Numbered from the stretch's first letter, positions 11,630 to 23,490 are shown. The stretch is 64,000 nucleotides of DNA from Callorhinchus milii (GCF_018977255.1 NW_024704742.1:130760001-130824000), one strand, 5' to 3'. Program-made: numbers and translations. Notes: a model not told the origin generated them from the sequence alone.

Positions 11630-11950
11630 ATAATAATAATAATAGTCCTTGCATTTGATGTAGCGCTTTTCATGTCTTCTCGACGTCTCAAAGCACTTCA
11701 CAGAATAGACTGTAAAGTGAATTGACTGTATATTTGTGGGCGAAACCGGCGGCCAATTGCACACAGCAGTGTCCCACAAACAGTCGTAGATTGAAAATGA
11801 CCAATTTATTATTGTTTTGTTTTGGAGGGATTATTATTAGGCTCTGTGTGGAGTAAGGAAACTTGCCCAAGGTTTCGCCCTCTGCCTGGAATCGAACCCA
11901 AGTGTCTCGCTTGCAAGGCGAGTGCTCTAACCACTGAGCTACAGGACTCC
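11630..11950 (-). mobile_element. tRNA(Ala)-derived SINE, short form
   Basis: Head GGAGTCCTGTAGCTCAGTGGTTAGAGCACTCGCCTTGCAAGCGAG..GGTTCGATTCC (A/B boxes) and tail ..AAATGCAAGGACTATTATTA. Confidence 0.9.
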
Positions 11951-13834
11951 GCTGTTGTGGAAGTTGTGGAAAGATTCAAGCTAAAGCTCTTTGTCTCACA
12001 AACATTCCTTAAATTTGCAGTGAATGTTCAATCATTCTATTTTATTTAATCGAAAGTTACATTATATATCATTGATTTTGGACATATGCCTTGTCTTGCC
12101 AACCACTAGAAAGTCAACTACCTTTTACAAACAACTAATTTTAGCTTTAAAAGGGAGAAGAAAATCCATCTGGGTTTAGATTCACTCCATTCTCTTAGCA
12201 TTTCAGGCGACCAGAGCTTGGCAAATTCTTAAATACAGGCTTAATTTTGATGTCGGTTTTCCGTATGCTATTTGAAGACATTTATTCCTATCCTGCAATT
12301 GACAAAAACTTAAGATTTATAGTTGTTTACACGAAAAAAGTCATGGTTTAATGACTACATGATTACATTTATAGTGCCTACACAGTCTACAATTGGAACC
12401 TGTCTTTCTAACCTGGGTCACCAAGGCATAAGGTCTGGCATTAGCAAATCTTAATCTCAAGGCATTGTATGGGTTAGTGAAGCTGCAGTGCTTCAGAATT
12501 TTGGGGAGGTTGCTTTTCCTGGAACTCAAATATAATCATGATCCTTACATTTGATATAGCACCTTTCACGTCGGGAGGACATCGCAAAGAACCACAGTCC
12601 CTATATGAAATGTGAGGATTATTATTGTTAATAATAATAAAACACAAATTGTCTAGTGAATATATTTTTTAAAAAATATCAAATGCAAGAATTATTATTA
12701 TTACTATTATTATTCATTCCTGTGAAGGCCTTTGAGACATCCTCTGGTTGTGAAAGGTGCTATAACAAATGCAAAGATTATTATTATATAATAAAACCAA
12801 TTTTTTTTAGTAACTATCTTTGAAATGATTACTTCTGCAAAACCATTTCTTGTGATTATGAAATGACATACCTTTGAAACACCATGTTTTTTATGACCTG
12901 ATTTCTAAACCAAACTCTGTGCAAAACGAAGACTGATAATGGATTGAATTGCAACTCACGAAATGGATGTTAAATGGTCAATAGGATGAGACAACAGCAA
13001 TAAATTACATTTGTTTAGCGCCTTTCACATCGGGAGGATGTCCCAAGGCGTTGGACAGTCAGGGATGTGGACCCGAACAGAAATGAAAAAGAAAAGAAAA
13101 ACGCGGGTGTTACATGGCTGAAACATATTTCTGCTTTAATGTAAGGGATCAGGAGGGCAGGGAAGGTAGGGGTAGGAGAGTGACCAAAGGCACGGTTGAA
13201 GAGAAGGGTCTTGAGACATGCCTTGAAAGAGGCGAGGGAGGGGGCGAGGCAAAGGGACTGTTAGGATGGAGTTCCAAAGGGTGGGTGCAGAGAGGCTGAA
13301 GGCCTGAGATATTAATCCAAGGTCCCATCAGGTGGACATTTAAGATCCCATGGCGTTATGTGAAAAGAGAAGGGAGTTTGTCCAGGTGTTCTGGCCAACA
13401 ATCCCCCAAATAAAAATTGGTCATTCATTCCATGGCTGTTTGTGGGACACTACTGTGTGCCATGTTTCACTCACAGAATACAGTCAATCCACTTTACTGT
13501 GAGCATTTTGAGACGTCTGAAGAACGTGATAAGGTGCTTTGTCAAATGCAGGGATTGTAGGATTATTTATTCCTTAAAAGATGCTGAGTTGCAGTTTTGG
13601 TCAACGGACCGTAAAATAAAAGTCTTAACATCGAAACTAATTGCAAAGGAAGGCCGCAGAGCTTGAGAAAGAAATGATAAAGAAAAGAAAAACACAGGGT
13701 GTTACATGGCTGAAACGTATTTCTGCTTCAATGTAAGGGAACAGTTTATTCCTAAAACGATAAGTCAATGTGAATCACTGACAGTCTTGCTTTAAATGGC
13801 GACTGACTGGGGCCGTTAGGTGGACGGTGGAGGA

Positions 13835-13842
13835 TATTTAAA
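13835..13842 (+). promoter_or_regulatory. TATA-like box of the upstream aqp3 copy
   Basis: TATTTAAA about 115 nt upstream of the ATG; aligns with CTTAAAA (27297) in the paralogous promoter. Confidence 0.5.
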
Positions 13843-13952
13843 GTTGTTGCAGATGCAGAGCTCTCAACCAGCGGCTCCTACACTGAATCCAGATCAACAG
13901 GTCCTCAAACTCCTCAAAGCCTCGCTGTTCACCACCGGGACAAGGGGTAACA

Positions 13953-14060
13953 ATGGGGATACAAAGAGAAACCCTGAGAAGGATGGCAACGACATTCAGA
14001 GTGCGGAGCGTGCTGGCAAAGCAATGCCTGGCGGAATGTTTGGGAACGTTGATCCACACG
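13953..14060 (+). CDS. AQP3: Aquaporin-3-like, divergent tandem paralogue (copy A), exon 1 of 6
   Basis: MGIQRETLRRMATTFRVRSVLAKQCLAECLGTLIHT, 108 nt, donor GTGAGT at 14061. Confidence 0.93.
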
Positions 14061-14998
14061 GTGAGTTCTGCCCACGGGGATGATATTCAGAGCCATCGAC
14101 TCTCGCTGCTTGTTCCGGTGACCTGTTCCGTGCTTTCCGTGGATCCGTTTTTGCCTGGAGTTCGCTCTGCGGTTTTTTCTTCTGTTTGTCACAAAATATG
14201 AGAGGGGCAGCAGGTGGATGCGCAGAATCATGCGAAAACCAGCTTCTGTTTTTACAGTCTTCGGAGCTGCCTGTGGAGAGGTTATCACTTTAAGAATAAA
14301 GGGAGCATCTGTTTATTTGTTAGCGGCAAGAACCACTTTGGAAAATATTTGTCTTCCTAAGGTTTGTGCTTCTGCTATTAATAATAATAGTAATAATCCC
14401 TATATTTCATATAGCGCCTTTCACGTTGGGAAAAAAGTGCTTCACAGGGTTTCACTGGGAAGTGTAGTGACCTTGCAGCCAATTTTGCACACAACTATGG
14501 TTTACAATGAATTGAGATGACCAATTTTATTTTTCGCACACAATTTACTGTATATTCTGTGAAGCGCTTTGAGATGTCTAGAAGATGTGAAAAGCGCTAT
14601 ATCAAATGCAAGGATTATTATTTATATTATTATCTGGCAATTGTTGGCCAGGACACTGGAAGAAACTCCTTTTTCTTTTTGAATGGTGCCATGGGATTGT
14701 TAACATCCACCTGAAAAGGCAGTCGGGACCTTGGTTTAACATCTCACCTGAAGGTGAGTATGACTCATAGACACTTCAATACAGACTATGAGTTGAAACT
14801 CCTGATGTGGGTCTTGAACCCATAACTTTCTGACTTGTTGAGAGCTGAGAGTGCTATTACCTGAGCCAAACTGACACCCTATAATTTTACACCGGCCGTC
14901 TTCTAGATTTGGCTTACTTTGCTAATGTGTTCAATAATCCATAAAGTGTGTCTATAAAGATGCTATGAATCTCAATCCTACTTCTATATAGTTACTTC

Positions 14999-15350
14999 TC
15001 GGTGGTTAGAGCACTCGCCTCGCAAGCGAGAGACCTGGGTTTGATTCCCGGCAGGGCGAAACTTGAGTAAGTTTCCTTACACCACACGACTCTGTTTACC
15101 TAACAGTAAGTAGGAACCTGATTGCTAGTTGATTAGCGGATCGCTTTTCTGGGGATAATAATCCCTTTAAAAAAATAATTTGGTCATTCAATCCATGACT
15201 GTTTGTGGGACACTGCTGTGCACAATTTGCTGCTGTGTTTTGCCCACAAAATATACAGTCAATTCGCTTTACAGTATATTCTGTGAAGCGCTTTGGGACG
15301 TCTAGAAGACGTGAAAAGCGCTATATCAAATGCAAGGATTATTATTATTA
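14999..15350 (+). mobile_element. tRNA(Ala)-derived SINE, long form
   Basis: tRNA head, internal CTGTTTACCTAACAGTAAGTAGGAACC block, (ATT)n tail. Confidence 0.9.
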
Positions 15351-16077
15351 TTCTGTGAAGCGCTTTGAGGCGTTTTGAAGTTGTGATAAGGCACTATATC
15401 AAATGTAAGGATTATTATTGCTATTGTTATTATTATTATTTTGTGTCAACCCGTTCCTCACTCGACTTCACTGGCTCCCTAACCTCCCAATGATGAATCA
15501 ATGTTAAGATCCCTTGTCCTACCTTCAAATGCCTTCTTGAGACTTGCCCCACCTTATCTCCTGTGACCCTACTCTCCTGCTAGTCTTTCTGGTCTGCAAA
15601 CTCTGGCCTGTGCCATGCGTGAGTGGGCAGGATGCTCTGGCCACTCTGTCCCACCATCAGCTGGTGAGCTTTCAACCACACACTGGATCTCTTCCAAAAT
15701 CCCTCTGCCTCGAACGCTCACCTCTCTCTTTTTGAAATTCGGTCTGAAGACTTTATCTCTTTGACTGCATTTTCGACCATCTCCCCCTATTCCCCGCCGC
15801 CCCCCCCCCCCACCCCCCACAACCCACCCGCCAACCCCTCCCTTCCACTCATTCTTTGTAACTTGCTTTGAGACATCCTCCCCGCGTGAAAGGTGCTAAA
15901 TAAGTGCAATTTGCTGCAGTTAAATAAAATTCCAATGAAGGACAAATTGGCCGTCATGGCTTCCTACATAATAGACAGTCACTACAATTCACACTAAAAT
16001 CCCTCAATGTGTAATTACGATATCTCGTGATATGAAAGGCGCTATGTTAAATAGGAGCACTATTATTATTATTCTAG

Positions 16078-18250
16078 TATGACCCTCAGCTCCAGGTCGT
16101 CTCTTGCTCTGTCCTCCTACTCCTCTGGCTCATTCCCCTCCTTCGAGCACCTTATAATAATAACTAATAATAATCCTTGCATTGATATAGCGCTTTTCAA
16201 GTCTTCTAGACGTCTCAAAGCGCTTCACAGAATATACTATAAAGTGAATTGACTGTATATTGTGAGCTAACTGCGGCAGCCAATTACGCACAGCAGTGTC
16301 TCACAAACAGTCGTGGATTGAGTGATCAAATTATTATTCTATTTTTGTTCTTGAGGGATTATTATCAGGCGTGTGGAATAAGGAAACTTGCCAAAGGATT
16401 TGCCCTGCCGGGAATCAAACCCAGGTCTCTCGCTTGCGAGGTGAGTGCTCTAACCACTGAGCTACAGGACTCAGTGGTTAGAGCACCTTACCCTCTACCA
16501 TCCCTCCAATCTTTCCCTCAAAATTCTCCTGATTTATCGTCTCCCAAACCCTCCCCACCCTCATCTCCGACATCTCCACCCTCCTAGCTTCCCTCTGCCT
16601 CTGTTCCGAATGCCTCCTCATCTGAGGCGACTTCAACTTGCACTTCACCCCCACTTGCTCTATCTCCACCAGCTTCTCCTCTCTCCTTTCCTCTCGCAAT
16701 CTGTCCCTCACATCCACTCTGCCACCCACGTTCATGGCCACCCACTTGACCTGGTGATTACCCAGGGCCACAGTGTCTCGGACCTCACAATCGCCGATAA
16801 AGATCACAATTACATCTCCCTTAACTCCTCAATTCCTTGCCCCACTGCTACACAATCCACCTCCATCTCCCACTGCCCCTGGAAAATAATCTGCCCCCCC
16901 CACCCCCACTCTCCACTGCCCTGGAGTTGTCTGAAGTCCTCCCCCTCTGACTTATTCTTCTTGGTCACTTTCCTCCACAACTCCCTCTCCACCACTCTCG
17001 ATGCCCTTGCTTCTCTCACTTCCCGAACCACCTCCTACTCACACAACTCACACTGGCACACCAGACACCGCTCATTCAAGGGTCAGGTGCGGGCCTCCAA
17101 ATGCACTTGGCTGAAATCTGATTTAACGGTCCACTGGCAGATCTGGCTGGACCACATTAAAGCTTACCGCTCCGCTCTCGCCTCGGCTAAATTGTCGTTC
17201 TATTCCAAGATAATCTTGGAGGCCAAAGACAACCAACCCCAGGCTTCTCCTCTCCATTACCAACTGGCTCCTCTGTCCACCCTTTTACCCCTTGCCCATC
17301 CTCTCCTCCAACTCCAACTGCGAGGAGATGCTGGATTTCCTCGAGACCAAAATCGAGGGATTCCGTTCAGCTGCCTCTGCCCTCCCAACTACCACCCACT
17401 CCCCATCTCTCCCTCAAACTCTGGCCCCTACCCATCCCTCCCTCCACACTTTCGAACCGTCAACATCAGAATCCACGGATGCACACTCCACCTCACCGAG
17501 CCAGTCAGGAACTCAGGCGTCTTGTTTGACCCTCAACTGTCAATTCTCTCCCACATCCATGCCATGACCCGCTCTGCCTTCCCTAACCTCCGAAACATTG
17601 CCCGACTCTGCCACAGCCTCACCCCTCAGGCCACCGAATCCCTCATACATGCCTTTATTACAACCTGACTTGACTGTGCCAACGTCCTGCTAGTCGGCCT
17701 TCCCAACTCTTCCCTCCACAAGCTGCAGACCATCCAGAGCTCTGCAGCTCGTGTCCTTTCCCGCACCAGGCTCTGTGACCCCATAACCGCCACCCTCGCC
17801 CGACTCCACTGGTTCTCCATCCCTCAGAGGATTGAGTTAAAAATTCTCATCCTCACCTTCAAGCTCTCCATGGCCTTGCCCCCTCCTAATTTTCTGACCT
17901 GCTAACCCATTATCAACCTGTCCTGTCCCTCTGCTCAGCAGGCTCTGGCCTGCTCCATGTCCCCTGCCCAGTCCGCCCCACCATCGGCGGTCGGTCCTTC
18001 AGCCACTCTGCCTCCACCCTCTGAAACCATCCCACATTCCCTTCACCTCGTTCCCTCCCTTGCCTGTTTCAAGGCACATCTCAAGACCCTCCTCTTCGAC
18101 CGTACCTGTGGCCACCCTCCTACCCTCTCTGCCATCCACCTTCCCTGATCCCACCACGCCCCCCCAGCTCGGGTCCTAATCCCTGACATTTCAGCGCCTT
18201 GGGACGTCCTCCTGACGTGAAATGCACTTTGCAAATGTAATTTTATATTG
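16078..18250 (+). mobile_element. Degenerate, internally deleted L2-clade LINE with a nested SINE (16155-16470, minus)
   Basis: ORF 16610-17668 contains the APE endonuclease C-terminal motif THVHGHPLDLVIT and post-RT motifs VRNSGVLFDPQLS/ESLIHAFIT; L2 3' tail at about 18190-18250. Confidence 0.85.
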
Positions 18251-18414
18251 TAAAATCGCTCAATGTGTAATTATGATATCCTCATGACGTGAAAGGCACT
18301 ACATTAAATAGGAGCACTATTAATATTATTCTAGGAAAAGGACAAGAGGTGGTGTGTGTATCATGTAACAGGAGCAGACGGGAGAAAGTTAATTGTTGCT
18401 TTGTTTCCTTGTAG

Positions 18415-18541
18415 ATGCTCAGCTGTGGAGCAATGGCACAATACACCCTCAGTCGCGGTGAGCAGAGAGAGTTTTTGACTCTTACTTTCACCCTTGGCTT
18501 TGCGGTGGCTCTTGGTATACTTGTAACCGGTAAAGTGTCAG
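18415..18541 (+). CDS. AQP3: Aquaporin-3-like copy A, exon 2
   Basis: TAG|ATG..TCAG|GTATGT, 127 nt; MLSCGAMAQYTLSRGEQREFLTLTFTLGFAVALGILVTGKVS. Confidence 0.93.
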
Positions 18542-20175
18542 GTATGTGCATCAAACTGCTCTCAAACCATTCGCCTGCAAAATACACAGTCAATAACTAC
18601 ACTTTACAGTACATCGTGTAAAGGGCTTTTGAGACGTCTCCATAATTGAGATAAGAAGAACAACAACTTGAAATTTCTATAGTGCCCTGAGTGTAGGGTT
18701 AATGCAAGGATTATATTGAAGAGGTCTAAACAGGATGTGACGAGGTGTTTCAGCAGCATTGGGTGTGAGATGGAGTTGGAGGCAGGTGATACAATACAAA
18801 CTACAACACAAACATATTTATATAGATCTACCACTTAGACATGGCAGAGGAGAAGGAAGCCAGCCTTGCTGAGGGACTGGAGGAAAGCTGGGGATTAGAC
18901 CGGACGCCAAGGTTGCGCACAAGTTCGGAGGGTTTGAGGGAGACACTGAAAAGATTGAGGGAGAGACCAGAGAGGTTGAGGAGGTTAGAGCAGGAAGAGA
19001 GGAGATGTAGTCGGGAGCCGAGGAGGATGGCTCCCATCTCATCCTAATTAAGTTGGAGGAAGCTTATCAAATGTAAGGATCATTAATAATAATAATAATA
19101 AAAAAAAGTGTGAAGCTCTGAGGTCGGAAGGCCTCTCCGGGATGTAAACGCCTGTTAAGTAGACAAAATGTCAGGGTGAGATTTGAGAAAAGCTCTTTAG
19201 AAAAATAATTAAAACTCATGTTCGGTGCCTGTGTTAAAACTTTTATTTTTGTGTGCTGAAATGTCAGGTACAAACAAACCACCTGACTTGCATTAAAAAC
19301 AGTGGCATTAAGCAGTGCTATTTAAAATGTCATCCGGTTTCCCCACGAAGGGTCTGGCTGGTGTAGTGAGCTGGAATGCTGCTCCTTCACTTCTCTGACC
19401 TTTGTTTAATTCCAGCCTGATGGATGGGGTGAAAACATATCCTTTCTATTCCATTTCCGAGTAAATTAATTTTTAGCAGGCCTTTTCTGTCAGCTGGGTG
19501 TCTGACACACGTGGAAACCCAGCACCGTGCTTAGGAGTATCCAAACCAAACTGAGCGTTGTGTGCATCCCACCTACACATGGAATAATAATAATAATAAA
19601 TATTATTATTCCATCCCCCAATCACTCCGCCTCGCCCTCTTCTTAGCCTCCTTCAAGTCCCGCCGCAAAACCCTCCTCTTCGACCATGTTATCCGTCACC
19701 CCCCTTCCCCTCCCCTCCCTTCTCCCTCCCTGACCCCAGCTTGGGTCTGAAATGCTGTACACTGTCCAGCACTTTGGGACGTTCCTCCTGACGTGTAAGG
19801 TGCTATACAAATGTAATCTTGCTCTTGTTCTTGTTGTAATAATAATACTCAGTACTTTGGGACATCCTCCCGACATGAAAGGCGCTATACAAATGTAATT
19901 TGTTGTTGTTGTCAGTGTATCCTTTGAGACATCTTCATGACTTGATAAGGCTCCATATCAAATGCAAAGATTATTATTATTATAACAAACATAATAAGCT
20001 CAAACCTTTGAAGGTTTAGAAGCGTATGGGAGGAAGTAAGGAGTGCTCAGAGACTTATGTGGCATATAATCACCAGGAAAGGTTGTTCCATGCTGAACAT
20101 TCTTTGTAAAATGCAGTATAGCCCAATTTGATTTCTTCATAGGTAATATCTTGTTGTCTTTGTAATCCTGTCCAG

Positions 20176-20313
20176 GAGCTCACTTGAATCCTGCTGTGAC
20201 CTTTGCTTTGTGCTTACTTGCTTGTGAACCCTGGATAAAATTCCCCTTCTTCTTTGTGGCACAAACATTGGGAGCATTTTTTGGATCTGGGATAATGTTT
20301 GGCTTGTATCACA
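20176..20313 (+). CDS. AQP3: Aquaporin-3-like copy A, exon 3 (first NPA)
   Basis: CAG|GA..CACA|GTAAGT, 138 nt; [46 protein letters not shown]. Confidence 0.95.
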
Positions 20314-20981
20314 GTAAGTAATGAAGTAACTTTTCTTTCGATCCTATGCATCAATATAACGGTTGTCAATGTCGCATTTAAAAGATATAAGCCACCAAAA
20401 CAAGGGCCTAGACATCGCTTCAAAAAATATAAATCAAGATAGTAAGAGGACACTCACAGTTTTCTTCCAATCGGACCCCAAAAGTAGCACTGTTGCTTTC
20501 AATATTGTCCTTTGCTGAAATCAGAGTACCACAACTCTGAAATTCCTCATGGTGTTATCATCTTGCCCACAAATATACAGTCAATTCACTTCACAGTATA
20601 TTCTGTAAAGCTCTTTGAGCCGTCTAGAAGACTTGAAAAGCACTATATGAAACGCAAGGATTATTATTATTATTATTAAGACCATTCTTAGACTTTGAGA
20701 CTGCGCAGAAATGTTTAAAATGCTTAATTAGGTTTTCTTTAGTTCATTAGCATTTTCCAAAAAAAACCAACAGAGATAAGAATATAATATAAGAATTGCT
20801 GGATGAAAGAAGACCAAGGTCCATCCAGTTCGCCTTCCATCACCCTGGCGGTCACATGCGCATGTCATGTCCCAAACTATACATGGTATCCCGAGATATA
20901 ATTTCCTTAAAGAAATCTATCTAATTTACTTTTGAAGGATTCACAAATTACCTAATGAGGGTTTGCATGATATCATTGCAG

Positions 20982-21100
20982 ATGCAATAATGCACTATGG
21001 TAACAATCAACTCACAATCATTGGACCCAATTCCACTGCTGCTATATTTACCACATACCCATCCGAAGATTTGACTGTGGTGAATGGGTTTCTTGACCAT
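20982..21100 (+). CDS. AQP3: Aquaporin-3-like copy A, exon 4
   Basis: CAG|AT..CAT|GTAAGT, 119 nt; NAIMHYGNNQLTIIGPNSTAAIFTTYPSEDLTVVNGFLDH. Confidence 0.93.
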
Positions 21101-22025
21101 GTAAGTGAGCAGAAATGTATGAGATTAAATGCGTTGTTTTATTTACTGGAATAAAAATAGGAAAACCAGCTTCAGAGTCCAAAGAATTTTGTAGCAAGTG
21201 CTTAAGACTTTGAGAACACATATGTGTGCCACCTACACATGGAAATTTCCCTGTGTCTGGAATAGAATGTGCACTTTCTCCCTGGAGCGATGCTTCCTGT
21301 TTATCTGATTCTGGAAAGTATTAGGTGCAAATTGGCGAGTGCCAAGGCTTGGGGACCCCAGCGTGTGTTGGGGTAACTGCTGGAGTCCAACCTGCTAAAA
21401 CCGCTTAGCTTGACACCAACTGAGTCAAGGCTGAGTCAAACAGTTGTAAAGTGCAATTTCAAGACAGATGCCAGGACAATAACAAATGTATATTTATACA
21501 GTGCCTTTCACATCAGGAGGACATTCCAAGGTGCTGGACAGTCCAGGGTTTGCTCCCAAACTGGGGGTGTGAACCAAGGTGGGCGGGGATGAGGTTTTTT
21601 TCCCTTTAAACAGAAGGTAATCAACCACTAGAACAGATTGCCACGACTAGTGAAGGCCAGGACAATGGACTCATTTAAAAAGCAGCTGATGCTGTGTAGG
21701 GTGGATGAGATCTGGAAGGACGAGATTGGGTGGGCTGAAGGGCCTTCTTCATTCAGACCGATCTTGTGATCATACTGTATGCGCAATAAAACAGTGGAGG
21801 TGGCCCGTGAATATAAACTTTCTACAAATCACTGATTGTTTATGGAAGCCTGTAGCGTAATGGTCAGAGGAATCGCTTTGCAAGTGAGAGGATGCGGGTT
21901 TGATTCCCAGCAACAAGTTTTCTTACTCCACATGCCTGTTTCCAGCACCTTGGGATGTTCTCCCGATGTGAAAGGCGCTGTACAAATGTAATTTGTTGTT
22001 GTTGTTGCTCCTGCCCGGAAACCAG

Positions 22026-22243
22026 GTCATCGGCACGGCCGCTCTCATATTCTGTATCCTGACCATCGCGGATCCACTGAAAAGACCGGTGGCCACAGGG
22101 CTGGAGGCTTTCACCATAGGCTTTGTGGTTCTAATCGTTGGCTTGTCCATGGGCTTCAACTCCAAGTATTGCTTAAATCCTGCCAGAGACATTGGACCTC
22201 GTTTGTTCAGCGCCATGGCTGGCTGGGGATATGACGTTTTCAG
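22026..22243 (+). CDS. AQP3: Aquaporin-3-like copy A, exon 5 (second NPA, NPARD)
   Basis: CAG|GTC..CAG|GTACTC, 218 nt; [17 protein letters not shown]...[31 protein letters not shown]. Confidence 0.95.
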
Positions 22244-22981
22244 GTACTCTCCTCCGCTATTCCTTATTCAATAAGGTTGTTTTTCATTTATTTTCACGAA
22301 TGACTAGTTATTTGGAAGAAGAGGGGGACGTATATCTATAATGGGGTCTTACCTAGAACTTCTAATACTACCTCCTCCCTACACAAACAACAACAACTTA
22401 CATATATACAGCGCCCTTCGTGCGAGCAAAGTCGCAGTGCGATTAACAGGGGTGTGGTTGGATCCCGAGCTGGAAAGAGAGGGGAGCAGACTGAAGGCAT
22501 TGTCGAAGGGCAAAGTTTTCAAGTGTGATCTGAAGATGGGCAAAGAGGGGGCAAAATGCAGGGATTAAGGCAGGGAATTCCAGATTTTTAATAGTCATCA
22601 ATGATGGAGGGACGACGGATTTGCAGAAGTAGAGTTGGGTGTGAACAGATCGGAGAGGTAGACAGGTACCAGGGAAATATTATTACAAATAAAATATGAA
22701 TAATTCTTGCATTCCATATAGCACCTTTCACATCGGGAGGACGTAGCAAAGCACTTCACAGGGCATACTGTAAAGTGAATTCTGTGAAGTGCTTTGAGAC
22801 ATCCTTCCAAAAGGTGCTTATATGAAATATAAGGATTATTATTTTTATAATATTGATACAAGAAGGTCCCTTTCGCCATCTTGTTGCTGTGATTGGGGGA
22901 GAGCAGGAGATTTCCATATCAGCAACCAGAATAATATTGCACTTTTTAAAGTTTTAAACTTGTTAAAGCAATTTCATTTTA

Positions 22982-23340
22982 GGAGTCCTACAGCGTACAG
23001 AGCACTCGCCTCGCAAGCGAGACGACCTGGGTTCAATTCCCGGCAGGGCAAAACCTTAAGCAAGATTCCTTACTCCACACGCCTCTGTTTACCTAGCAGT
23101 AAGTAGGAACTTGGTTGTTAGTCGATTGGCGGATCGTTTCCCAGAGGTAATAAACCCTTTTAAAAAAATTTGGTCGCCCAATCCATGACTATCTGTGGAA
23201 CACTGCTGCACGCAATTGTCTGCCACGTTTCACCCACAAAATACACAGTCACTACACTTTACAGTATATCCTACGAAGAGCTTCGAAATGCCTCGATGAC
23301 GTAATAAGGTGCTATATCAAATTCAAGGATTATTATTATT
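22982..23340 (+). mobile_element. tRNA(Ala)-derived SINE, long form
   Basis: Same head, internal block and tail as the other copies. Confidence 0.85.
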
Positions 23341-23490
23341 CTTCTTCTGTGAAGTGCTTTGAGATGTTTCGATGACGTGATAAGGCACTATATCAAATCT
23401 AAGGATTAATGTTATTATTATTATTATTTTGTTTCATTCAATGTTCATTAACACCCAGTGCCTTTATTTGCTGCCTTCTTATCTTTTCAG

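Noticed and set aside
16610..17668. 352-aa ORF as a host gene or active LINE
   Set aside because: Degenerate L2 ORF2 remnant lacking the RT core
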